NCBI GenBank assembly: GCA_000493965.1
Contig: AWNV01000007.1
Coordinates: 23,351-87,350 of the forward strand
Direction of reading: 5' to 3'
From: Candidatus Aminicenans sakinawicola JGI OTU-1
Lineage (GTDB): Bacteria; Acidobacteriota; Aminicenantia; Aminicenantales; Aminicenantaceae
Length of the DNA: 64,000 nucleotides
Shown here: one piece after another, positions 1 through 7,906 of the stretch
Layout of the letters: each line of letters begins with the position of its first letter
Position numbering within the stretch: position 1 is the stretch's first letter
The notes under the pieces: model-generated
Told to the model about the DNA's origin: nothing
Seen by the model: only the letters and a program-made list of their open reading frames with translations
Database searches by the model: none
Program-made: the position numbers and the translations under genes

Positions 1-113
1 CTAAGTGTGGTTCTCCCGAATTAAAAAAAGGGATGTATACAGATTACGATAGAGATGAAAACTATTATATAGTTGAATGCACAAAATGTAATTATATGGA
101 TTGGACGCAATAA
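1..113 (+). CDS. 3' end of a gene running in from outside the window; C-terminal Zn ribbon (KCGS...ECTKCNY)
   Basis: Frame starting at nt 3 reads KCGSPELKKGMYTDYDRDENYYIVECTKCNYMDWTQ* (TAA 111-113). It stops 1 nt before the next ATG. Not in the ORF track. Confidence 0.6.
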   Translation, partial: KCGSPELKKGMYTDYDRDENYYIVECTKCNYMDWTQ

Positions 114-114
114 A

Positions 115-1185
115 ATGTCTTTATCGTCAATTAAAGAAATTGAACAATTTAAAACACTTGTTGAGCAACTCGATGCATGCTGCGAATTTATCGAGCAGGA
201 TACGATAACAAAAAATAGAATAAGCACTATTTTATTAGATAACATTTCAGAGATATTGCTTCAGCGGTGTTGTCAGCCATTATTTGAGTGGGATAATTTT
301 ACTAAATGGATTATCCCGCAGAAATTTACTGTGTCTAAAAAACTAAAGGTTTCAAAATATTTCGATGAAAAGATTAGAGTCATTGAATCCAAGAATGACA
401 TCCCACAGAAGATAAGCCAGATTCTTAGTATAGGTCATAAATACCGAAATGACATATATCATAGAGATAAACATAATGAAAATACAATAGGAGTTATAAC
501 TAAGATCTTTTTTATTTCGGTGTGTGACTTTTTTGCAAAAGTGGGTGGTGGTTTTGCAGGGCTTACAATAGGTGGATACAATAAGTCTGTTGATTGGCTG
601 GAAAATTATGGGCTTAATAAATCACTTATCAATTTTTCCGAGGCCTCATATATTATCGCTAATATGTTCAAAAGTAGGGTTGATTTAAAAATATCAGTCG
701 CGGCAGAAATTTTAACTAAAGATATTCTTAAGCGGATTGACGATATAAAACAGTTAGTAAATAAAGAATTGCCATGGAAGTCCCCTGAGCAAATTAATCC
801 AACAATTAAATGGTTTGAGTTTAAAGAAAAATACCCAGAGATAGAAGATCAATTGTCCGAGAATTATAGAAAATACTGTTATAAAATAAGTAAAGGGGAG
901 GCCATAGATATCACACCTGAAAAATTCAAGGAATTAGAAGAAAAATTTCGTCAAGGATATTATAAAAAGGTTGAAGAATATCAGCCAAAAATAAACTATT
1001 CGTTAATAGCAAGTGTTGCAGAAAACGCGCAGGCATTAAAGGAAAATAAAAAAATTAGTAGCTTGATTTGTAAATATTATAACTTAGATAAAGTGCTATC
1101 TGAGTTAGAGAAGTATTTAGATTTAGCTGAAGCAGAATGGGATAGAGTAGTTCAACAAGAAATAGATATTCGTCGAGGAAAGTAG
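115..1185 (+). CDS. Putative HEPN-domain protein with helical C-terminal extension
   Basis: ORF 73..1185; ATG115 is preferred because it follows the upstream stop. N-terminal helix ILLDNISE and Rx4H motif (HKY-RNDIYH) match the HEPN RNase signature. Confidence 0.65.
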   Translation: MSLSSIKEIEQFKTLVEQLDACCEFIEQDTITKNRISTILLDNISEILLQRCCQPLFEWDNFTKWIIPQKFTVSKKLKVSKYFDEKIRVIESKNDIPQKISQILSIGHKYRNDIYHRDKHNENTIGVITKIFFISVCDFFAKVGGGFAGLTIGGYNKSVDWLENYGLNKSLINFSEASYIIANMFKSRVDLKISVAAEILTKDILKRIDDIKQLVNKELPWKSPEQINPTIKWFEFKEKYPEIEDQLSENYRKYCYKISKGEAIDITPEKFKELEEKFRQGYYKKVEEYQPKINYSLIASVAENAQALKENKKISSLICKYYNLDKVLSELEKYLDLAEAEWDRVVQQEIDIRRGK

Positions 1186-1978
1186 AGGATTTCAGGGGAA
1201 AAGAGGGAAAAAGACAGGAAGAGAAGTGGAGAAGAGAGAGGCAATAGAAAAGAAAAGAAAGGACGATTTGAAAAAAGCGAAAGCGTAAAATTACGCTTAC
1301 GCAGAGCGATCCCATAGGTAAGAGAGAGAAAAAAGAAAGATTTAAAGATGAAAAAGAAAAGAGAGCATAATGGAAGGAATAGTGGTAAATGTAATTTAAA
1401 ATGTAGAGCAAATGGAATACTCCGTAAAGGTAAATGCATTTGGATAATTGTTGCCCACGATTATCCCTGTATTGCATGTTATTGAATGTAAATATGTTAG
1501 CGAAATGTTGCCAATGTCCCCATTGTGAGATTCTCGGGTAGATGCTACAATCTCCGCATCGCTAGGAGACTATTATTCACTCCATAGAGAGCCCGGGAGC
1601 AACAGGGAGAAAGGGAGTATCGTACTAATAGCAGGGCTAGGGGGTGTGGGTAGGTTACAGGCTCTATTGAGATCGGGCTGTGGCAATAGGAAGAGAAGCT
1701 TGCAGGCTGTATTCAATAATATGTTTGAGGGAGGGATGGTACCCGAGAGATTTACGTACACACACATGACCGAATGCTTGGACTGGTAAAAAAATATGCC
1801 GTTACAAATGTTTGAAAGACTCGGGTTCACAGGTGGTGCAATTCACCAGTTATAAAGACAGAGAAACATTACTCAGAATAATGGTACTTACCCGAGAAAG
1901 TCATCGACAAAGAGTTGTTCGGGTAGTAAAAGGATTTTCTTAAAATACAAGATACTGGCTATACGTTATACTTTTAGC

Positions 1979-2007
1979 TTTACTCCAAAAACGCATTAAG
2001 GTATAAT
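1979..2007 (+). promoter_or_regulatory. Sigma70-like promoter
   Basis: TTTACT-17 nt-TATAAT, about 200 nt upstream of ATG2214. Confidence 0.5.
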
Positions 2008-2213
2008 AAATTAATTGACGTTATGGCAAAAGAGTAGCAAATCTTTTATTTAGATGTTGAAGACTGCTAAAGGGAATTCACTTTTAAGCGGATGTTTGAT
2101 ATGTTTATATGGAAGATAGATAGTGCAAGGTAAAGGGGTAAGCTATCATTCACAATTGTGTTTGCTATAGAAGGTCAAATTTTATATATTTATCAACCGT
2201 TAGGTAAATCACT

Positions 2214-3332
2214 ATGAAAAACATAATTCAGTTATTTGAAGCTAAAGTGAGTGACGCTAGAAATTTTGACCAGATGATTGGATTCTTATCGTGGATACCT
2301 TATCTGCACGAGCATAGATATTTTCATATACAATACTTGTACTTTAAGGGCGATATTTATAAATATTTTGTAGAGTTATGCGACTATAAAAGAAATTTAA
2401 AGTTATTAAATGCGGATATAGGTGGATTCAGATTTGAATTTACTAAAAATAGTAGTTCATATAGCTGTGCTTTTTTTATCAAAGAGACTCAGGTTGAGAA
2501 TTTATTTTCTTTAAACTCTATCACTTATCCGTTTATATGGAATACGTTAATTGAAAGGATTGTAAGGAGACGATATCCAGATTTGGTTCTCCTATATTGG
2601 AAACAAAGCGAGCTTAAAGATGCATTATTTTTGTTAGAACAGAGATTAATCAGAAAATATGATTTAGTGGTCAAAGAATTATCAATTAAGGAGAAAAGAG
2701 AGAGTAAATGGGAACGAGAATATTATCCTGTGTATGATTCCGATAGAAAATGGACTAGTAAATCATTAAAACAAGTTTTTGATGAAGCTACAGAAAGAGG
2801 ACAGTGGTTTAAGAAGGTAAGATTTTATTTTTTTAGTAAAGATGAGGAGTCGAAGGTTGTACCAATGGCTAGTTGTACTATTACAAAGTATGGTCACATT
2901 TACTTCAATCATTTGTATCTTGATATCACTTCTAATTTGTTGGCTGACTTAGAAAGTTTCCATAGAAAAAGAATACATCTGTTTCAGAACAAAGGTCTTA
3001 AAGAGAGAAATTATGTTCCTTCGTCACCCTTAAGTATTGAATATGATATTGACATTTTTAAAGACAAGGAAAATCTGAGTGCCTTCTCAACAATACTAAG
3101 GAAGTATCCAAACTCCACAAAGGCTGTATTTCATACTAATCCTTATTTTCATGTCAGTGTAGCAGATTATAAGGACGGTTCTTCCTTTGATATTTGGGTT
3201 CTAAGTTTAAATAGAATTTTAATAATTCCTCAGATTAAAACTTCTGTTGAGGGATTGGAGAGGCTTGTATCTTATATTTTTGATAAATTTGAAGAAGGGC
3301 AAATAAAAGAGTATCAATTAGATGACAAATAA
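2214..3332 (+). CDS. Hypothetical protein (372 aa), partner of downstream nuclease-like gene
   Basis: Long ORF with no family recognised; co-oriented and tightly linked to 3348..4415. Confidence 0.8.
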   Translation: MKNIIQLFEAKVSDARNFDQMIGFLSWIPYLHEHRYFHIQYLYFKGDIYKYFVELCDYKRNLKLLNADIGGFRFEFTKNSSSYSCAFFIKETQVENLFSLNSITYPFIWNTLIERIVRRRYPDLVLLYWKQSELKDALFLLEQRLIRKYDLVVKELSIKEKRESKWEREYYPVYDSDRKWTSKSLKQVFDEATERGQWFKKVRFYFFSKDEESKVVPMASCTITKYGHIYFNHLYLDITSNLLADLESFHRKRIHLFQNKGLKERNYVPSSPLSIEYDIDIFKDKENLSAFSTILRKYPNSTKAVFHTNPYFHVSVADYKDGSSFDIWVLSLNRILIIPQIKTSVEGLERLVSYIFDKFEEGQIKEYQLDDK

Positions 3333-3351
3333 AAGAGTATCAATTAGATGA
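3300..3351 (+). repeat. Perfect 26-bp tandem duplication CAAATAAAAGAGTATCAATTAGATGA x2
   Basis: 3300-3325 and 3326-3351 are identical. Confidence 0.95.
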
Positions 3352-4415
3352 ATAGAATTTCTATAAGAGAAATAAAAGACAGAAATGATGATTATGAAAA
3401 TACTATCAATGCATTATTGTGCTTCATATCTCTAACGACTTGGGAAGGCAATCAGAGAAGACCAAATAGTTATTATTCATTTGGAAGGAGAATGACAACA
3501 AGTGCTTCAAATGTCATCTCTCCAAATCAAGATATAACACCAGATACTGTAATTCAGATTTTAGATGATTTGGGATTTATTGTTGAGGCAAAGATTAGCT
3601 TGCCTGCTGATGAAAATCACTGGGGTGGAATTTTAAACCAAATAAAAAAATATGATGATGATTTAACAGGATGGTGGAAACAAGATGAGCATATAAACAA
3701 TCATAACGTGATTTTATTACTGCATATGTCTAGGAGTGTAAGCTTTAAAAAATATAGGGATGTCCTAATAGAAAATGGCGATTACGAGTCTAGTGATAGT
3801 GTGTGGGGAATCGAATTTGTTTTATCTAGACAAAGGCAAGAATATATTCTTTTCCGAACTTGTTGGGAAGCTAACAATATGTATAACTGTAATCTCTCTA
3901 ACAGACTAGAAATTGGCGTAAATCTCCCTATTGAAGCGGTTAAATTTTCCTACGGGAATATAAAATTCTACGACAGCAAACCTGAACCTGAATATTTATT
4001 GAGTATCATTTGGCAGGATATTTTAACTCCCTGGAAAAGAGAGGTTGAGTTTAATAAGCAATTGAACTGTTATCTAATAGAAACTGATATACAGACTATA
4101 ACTAATGAATTACAGAAGAGTTATGGGTCGATTGCTCTTCAGAGAAGTTGTAATATAGACAGAAATGATGAAAGGGAGATTGAGTATCCAAAAGGTTCTT
4201 GGGTAAAAGAAGCTCTTGAGATTTTAATTAAACTAGGTTTTGCCTCAAAAGATAGTGAAGATAATTACACGATATTTTTCCGTGAGTTGAGATTACGTAG
4301 AGATAAAGATTTGGTAGATTATTTTTCTAAACATCGAGCAAAAAAAGAAGAAGAGGAAGAGGATTTACAAAGAAGGTTATTTGAAGATGATAGAGTGGAT
4401 ACTGAAGCAACCTAG
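3348..4415 (+). CDS. Putative PD-(D/E)xK (restriction-endonuclease-fold) nuclease
   Basis: ITPDTV...FIVEAK...QIKKY gives the PD..ExK..Q..Y arrangement; acidic C-terminal tail. Confidence 0.6.
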   Translation: MNRISIREIKDRNDDYENTINALLCFISLTTWEGNQRRPNSYYSFGRRMTTSASNVISPNQDITPDTVIQILDDLGFIVEAKISLPADENHWGGILNQIKKYDDDLTGWWKQDEHINNHNVILLLHMSRSVSFKKYRDVLIENGDYESSDSVWGIEFVLSRQRQEYILFRTCWEANNMYNCNLSNRLEIGVNLPIEAVKFSYGNIKFYDSKPEPEYLLSIIWQDILTPWKREVEFNKQLNCYLIETDIQTITNELQKSYGSIALQRSCNIDRNDEREIEYPKGSWVKEALEILIKLGFASKDSEDNYTIFFRELRLRRDKDLVDYFSKHRAKKEEEEEDLQRRLFEDDRVDTEAT

Positions 4416-4481
4416 AATCTTGAAAGGACAAAAAAGGCATTTTTCATAATATTTATCAAAGAGCATTTTTGAAGTTCTGCG

Positions 4482-4544
4482 GGGGCGAGTGGAAGCCAAG
4501 CCTGCTTGACTTCCCGGGATTGATATGACAGCCTAGCTGGAAAA
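4482..4544 (+). repeat. Structured intergenic element, copy A
   Basis: GGGGCGAGT-GGAAGCCAAG(4491-4500)/CTTGACTTCC(4505-4514) stem, then a CAGC-CTA-GCTG hairpin; related to copies at 5342, 6112 and 6832. Confidence 0.75.
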
Positions 4545-4703
4545 CTATCAGTATAAACTCTGAGAAAAAGTAGTATTCAGCATATAATGTCTGCTTTCCT
4601 CTATGTGATCACAAGGATAGGAAAAAGAAGAAATAATATTTATTGATCTCTGTCGGAGAAAGTGATAACAATTGTAAATGAGTTTATAAAAAGGGAGGGG
4701 TAA

Positions 4704-5321
4704 ATGGAATTAAAAAAATTTTTAATTTTTTGTATTTTAATCTTTTCTATTATTTTTATTTCAGAAGCCAATGCTGAAAAGAAAACTGTATTAGAGGAGG
4801 ATGGAACTGATTGGATAGCTGGATCTGATTCATGGAAGATAGGTTATGTTGGTGGATTTATTGCTGGAGCAATGATTGTACGGGATGAATTTTATATTTT
4901 TGAGAATAAGCTTAAAAGCGAAAGAGATAAAGCAATTTATAATAAAAGTCTAAATGAAATAGCTCTTGTTAAAATTACTGTTGGTCAAATTATGGATGGA
5001 ATAAGTGGTTTTTACAATGATTTTAGCAATCGTAGAATTAAAATAGTTGATGCTATTTATGTCGTAAAAATGCAGATTGAAGGGGATGACCCCGAATTAA
5101 TTGATTCACAAATCAGATATTTAAAAATGCAACCAATAGATATAGAAATAAAAAAGAAGTGTTGGAAAAAATTTGTATTTACCGAAAAAAAGGGAAACAA
5201 GGTTACATATAAAGAGATAAAAAATGGGGATTTTAGCTTTGAAGATTTACTAAGAGCGGGGATATTTATAGACGCAAGTAATAATTTACACATTTTATTT
5301 TGCTATGGGATATATAAATAA
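4704..5321 (+). CDS. Secreted hypothetical protein (weak Rap1a/immunity-like pattern)
   Basis: Signal peptide ending ANA|EKK; strong RBS AAGGGAGG; GYVGGF..G and TVGQI motifs. Confidence 0.75.
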   Translation: MELKKFLIFCILIFSIIFISEANAEKKTVLEEDGTDWIAGSDSWKIGYVGGFIAGAMIVRDEFYIFENKLKSERDKAIYNKSLNEIALVKITVGQIMDGISGFYNDFSNRRIKIVDAIYVVKMQIEGDDPELIDSQIRYLKMQPIDIEIKKKCWKKFVFTEKKGNKVTYKEIKNGDFSFEDLLRAGIFIDASNNLHILFCYGIYK

Positions 5322-5341
5322 ACCCTAAAAAGATATGTGAA

Positions 5342-5398
5342 TATTTGAGGCAAGTGGAAGCCAGAGACCCTTAAGCCCTGGCTTCTCTTGTTTAAATA
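5342..5398 (+). repeat. Structured intergenic element, copy B
   Basis: GAGGCAAGTGGAAGCCAG...CTGGCTTC; 8-bp perfect stem (5357-5364/5378-5385) extended by G-T pairs to about 20 bp. Confidence 0.75.
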
Positions 5399-5431
5399 GA
5401 ATCAAACAAGATATAAAAAAGGAGGATTTAA

Positions 5432-6100
5432 ATGGCACAATGTATTTGGTGCGGGGGAAAAAGTTTATTTCTTTCTGTTGATAAAAATAAGCTTTGTCGG
5501 AATTGCCAAGGAAAAATTTATTTTGATTTGCAACAGAGAATAAGAATAATTCAAGACAGCCAGAAGCTAATCGAAAAGTCAAAAAACTTTAATACAAGGA
5601 TTGGTCGAATTGATACTCTTTTGGAACATGTCCAGGCATTGAAAAAGTATGAGGATAAAAATATAACAACATTAGAACTACCGCCATCAGAGGTTGAAAA
5701 AGCTTATCTTAGAATTAGAAGTGAGCTTATTTTTGAGGACATAAATGAAGAGATTGATAAGATAATGAACAAAGCCAAACTTGGATTGACTCCCAGAACA
5801 AAAATGAATGAAGCAAATAAAGCTCTTGTTAAAATCAATGAAAGAAGGAGAGAAATTCAAGAAGAAGACAAAATCACTGTGATAGAGAAAAAAGAGAAAG
5901 AAATAAAAACATTTATTCACAAGACCCAGTTAAATGAATATATTGAAGAGGCAAAAAAAGCAGAATTTAAGGGTCAGAAATCTAAGGCATTGGACAAATA
6001 TCAAGAAGCTCTTTATTTTCTTCAGAATGATGAAATTGATGATTCTCTTCAGAAAGAAAATATTGATGAATTAAAAGCCAAAATATCAGAACTTACTTAA
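5432..6100 (+). CDS. Hypothetical protein: N-terminal CxxC/CxxC Zn finger plus helical (TPR-like) body
   Basis: CIWC...CRNC; RBS AAGGAGG. Confidence 0.75.
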   Translation: MAQCIWCGGKSLFLSVDKNKLCRNCQGKIYFDLQQRIRIIQDSQKLIEKSKNFNTRIGRIDTLLEHVQALKKYEDKNITTLELPPSEVEKAYLRIRSELIFEDINEEIDKIMNKAKLGLTPRTKMNEANKALVKINERRREIQEEDKITVIEKKEKEIKTFIHKTQLNEYIEEAKKAEFKGQKSKALDKYQEALYFLQNDEIDDSLQKENIDELKAKISELT

Positions 6101-6111
6101 ATAAGAAGGAA

Positions 6112-6211
6112 AATTGAGGCGACTGGAAGTCAAAGACCTCAAGACCTCGGCTTCCCGATTCTGAAAAACAACAGCATAGCTGAAAATTGCGCCTCATTTA
6201 GAGAGACGGAT
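6112..6211 (+). repeat. Structured intergenic element, copy C (most complete)
   Basis: Outer stem TGAGGCG(6115-6121)/CGCCTCA(6190-6196); inner stem GGAAGTC/GGCTTCC; CAGC-ATA-GCTG hairpin; tail GCGCCTCATTTAGAGAGACGGAT. Confidence 0.8.
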
Positions 6212-6286
6212 TGTATTAACGGTTTTTCTCACAGAGACAAAGTGAAAGAGGTAAAATGAAAAGACAAGATTTAGAAGGGAGGAAAA

Positions 6287-6793
6287 ATGAAAAGAGCAAT
6301 CTCAATATTAGTTGGTTTTTTTCTATTGTTCACAATTTACGCAAGTCTTGGGTTTACGCAAGATAAAAGTATAGAAACATTTGTGGTTTATTATTTCGGT
6401 GCAACAAGTTGTGGATTTTGTAATGTACCAGAAAATATTGAAAAAATTAAAAAGATTAAAACAGAGTTCTCCAAAAAATATAAAGATTCTAATATTAAAT
6501 ATGTTATGGTTTGTATGGATAGAAATATCGAAGAAGGATTAAGATTTATAAAGAAATATGGGTATTGGGACGAAATTTCAATTGGCAAGTTTTATAATAA
6601 TGAATTAGCATTAAATTATTTAAACAAAACAGAAATTCCTGGTGTCCCTCATGTAATTGTTTATAAAGATCTACTTATAAAAAAAGAGAAAGTGTCTGTC
6701 CCCATTATAAAGGAAAGAAAAATATTAGTTGACTTAGTTGGTGGCACACAGATAGGGAATTGGATAAATGACATTTATCCTTTAAAGAACTAA
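6287..6793 (+). CDS. Exported thioredoxin-fold protein
   Basis: Signal peptide; SCGFC (CxxC) after a beta strand; cis-Pro-like GVPH; RBS AAGGGAGG. Confidence 0.75.
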   Translation: MKRAISILVGFFLLFTIYASLGFTQDKSIETFVVYYFGATSCGFCNVPENIEKIKKIKTEFSKKYKDSNIKYVMVCMDRNIEEGLRFIKKYGYWDEISIGKFYNNELALNYLNKTEIPGVPHVIVYKDLLIKKEKVSVPIIKERKILVDLVGGTQIGNWINDIYPLKN

Positions 6794-6831
6794 TAAAAAC
6801 CGTTGGAAAATAGAGTTGTTCTAAAGGCCTT

Positions 6832-6894
6832 CTGGCTTCCCTAAGACTGAAAAAGACAGAAGACTGAATTAGCGCCTCATTTAGAGAGATGGAT
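6832..6894 (+). repeat. Structured intergenic element, copy D (3' half only)
   Basis: CTGGCTTCC...GCGCCTCATTTAGAGAGATGGAT; 18 bp (6872-6889) identical to 6189-6206. Confidence 0.8.
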
Positions 6895-6933
6895 GAGGGA
6901 AAATATCGATAATATAATATTTTTAGAATAAAA

Positions 6934-7146
6934 ATGTCTAGAAGTAGTCATAGTAATAAGAAATTACCAAAGCCAGAATATTTTTCTTGGTTGATTGAGT
7001 ATAAAATAGAAAATTTAAAAGAAATGGTGTCGCCATTAGAATTGGATTTGAATGGAGTAAGAAACAGCATAAAAACCGAGATAGAAAAGGCTAGTCCTGA
7101 ACAGTATGATTCAGAACATGACTATCTTGAGGCTATTTTTCCGTAA
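6934..7146 (+). pseudogene. Short or truncated ORF (70 aa) at the island's right edge
   Basis: AT-rich ORF ending 4 nt before rlmB; likely a 5' fragment (inference). Confidence 0.4.
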
Positions 7147-7150
7147 GACA

Positions 7151-7888
7151 ATGTCTAGAGAAATAATCAGTCGTCTCAACCCCATATTGGAGGCTTTGAA
7201 ATCTTCTCCATGCCGTGTGAATAAAATATTCGTTCAAAACGGGACGGGAAAAGGTAAGATTCAAGAAATCATTAATTTCGCCAGAGATAGGAAAATTCCT
7301 CTTTTTTTTGTACCGAGAAAAAAGCTCGAGGTGCTGGATAAAAATCATCAGGGGGCAGTTGCTTTATTATCTCCAAAAGAGTTTTCCTCCTTGGGATCCA
7401 TCTTAGAAGGTTCGAGGCTTCCTTTTCTTGTTTTACTGGATGGAGTCGAAGACCCTCAGAATTTAGGTGCAATTATCCGGACTGCTGAAGGAGCAGGAGT
7501 GGACGGAATCATACTGCCCGAAAGGAGGTCTGCAGGGTTAACACATGTTGTTTCTTCTGTTTCAGCAGGAGCGCTTGAACATATCAAAGTTGCAAAGGTC
7601 ACTAATTTAGCGCGTGCTATAGATGATTTGAAAAAAAAGGGGATTTGGATAGTTGGGGCAGAAAGTGGAAGCAGGCAGTACTGGTATGAATTTGATTATA
7701 CAGTTCCTCTCGGGCTGGTTTTGGGCTCGGAAGGCAGAGGTCTTCGGCCCATTATCAGAAGAAGTTGTGACAAAATTCTCTCAATACCGCTTCTTGGGAA
7801 ATTGACTTCTCTTAATGTTGCTGCTGCGGCGTCTGTTTTCCTTTATGAAGCTGCACGCCAGAGGATGGGACTATCCCAGGATTCATAG
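7151..7888 (+). CDS. rlmB: 23S rRNA (guanosine-2'-O)-methyltransferase RlmB (TrmH/SpoU family)
   Basis: HQGAVA, LDGVEDPQNLGAIIRTA, GSEGRG and SLNVAAA motifs; start placed at ATG7151. Confidence 0.92.
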   Translation: MSREIISRLNPILEALKSSPCRVNKIFVQNGTGKGKIQEIINFARDRKIPLFFVPRKKLEVLDKNHQGAVALLSPKEFSSLGSILEGSRLPFLVLLDGVEDPQNLGAIIRTAEGAGVDGIILPERRSAGLTHVVSSVSAGALEHIKVAKVTNLARAIDDLKKKGIWIVGAESGSRQYWYEFDYTVPLGLVLGSEGRGLRPIIRRSCDKILSIPLLGKLTSLNVAAAASVFLYEAARQRMGLSQDS

Positions 7889-7906
7889 CACCTTACTCGT
7901 GAAGAT

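Noticed and set aside
1529-1789. Open + frame containing IVLIAGLGGVG...LLRSGCG (ThiF/Rossmann-like)
   Set aside because: No start codon or RBS, and the similarity stops after about 20 aa in a G-rich tract; could be chance. A TBLASTN/HHpred hit would revive it.
1055-1830. Minus-strand ORFs 1055..1477, 1152..1439 and 1573..1830
   Set aside because: Low-complexity F/L/S products from the purine-skewed tract; no motifs or RBS.
1987-2014. dif-like Xer site (CGCATTAA-GGTATA-ATAAATTAAT)
   Set aside because: Poor match on the XerC arm; the sequence is explained as a -35/-10 promoter.
4461-4520. Group II intron domain V/VI relic (GTTCTGCGGGGGCG...)
   Set aside because: No complete domain V hairpin with the catalytic triad, no RT ORF, and the sequence is better explained by the local repeat family.
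4482-6894. Canonical integron attC sites or a CRISPR array
   Set aside because: No RYYYAAC/GTTRRRY core pairs around the hairpins; spacing is gene-sized and irregular; no intI or cas gene in the window. Kept only as a non-canonical array.
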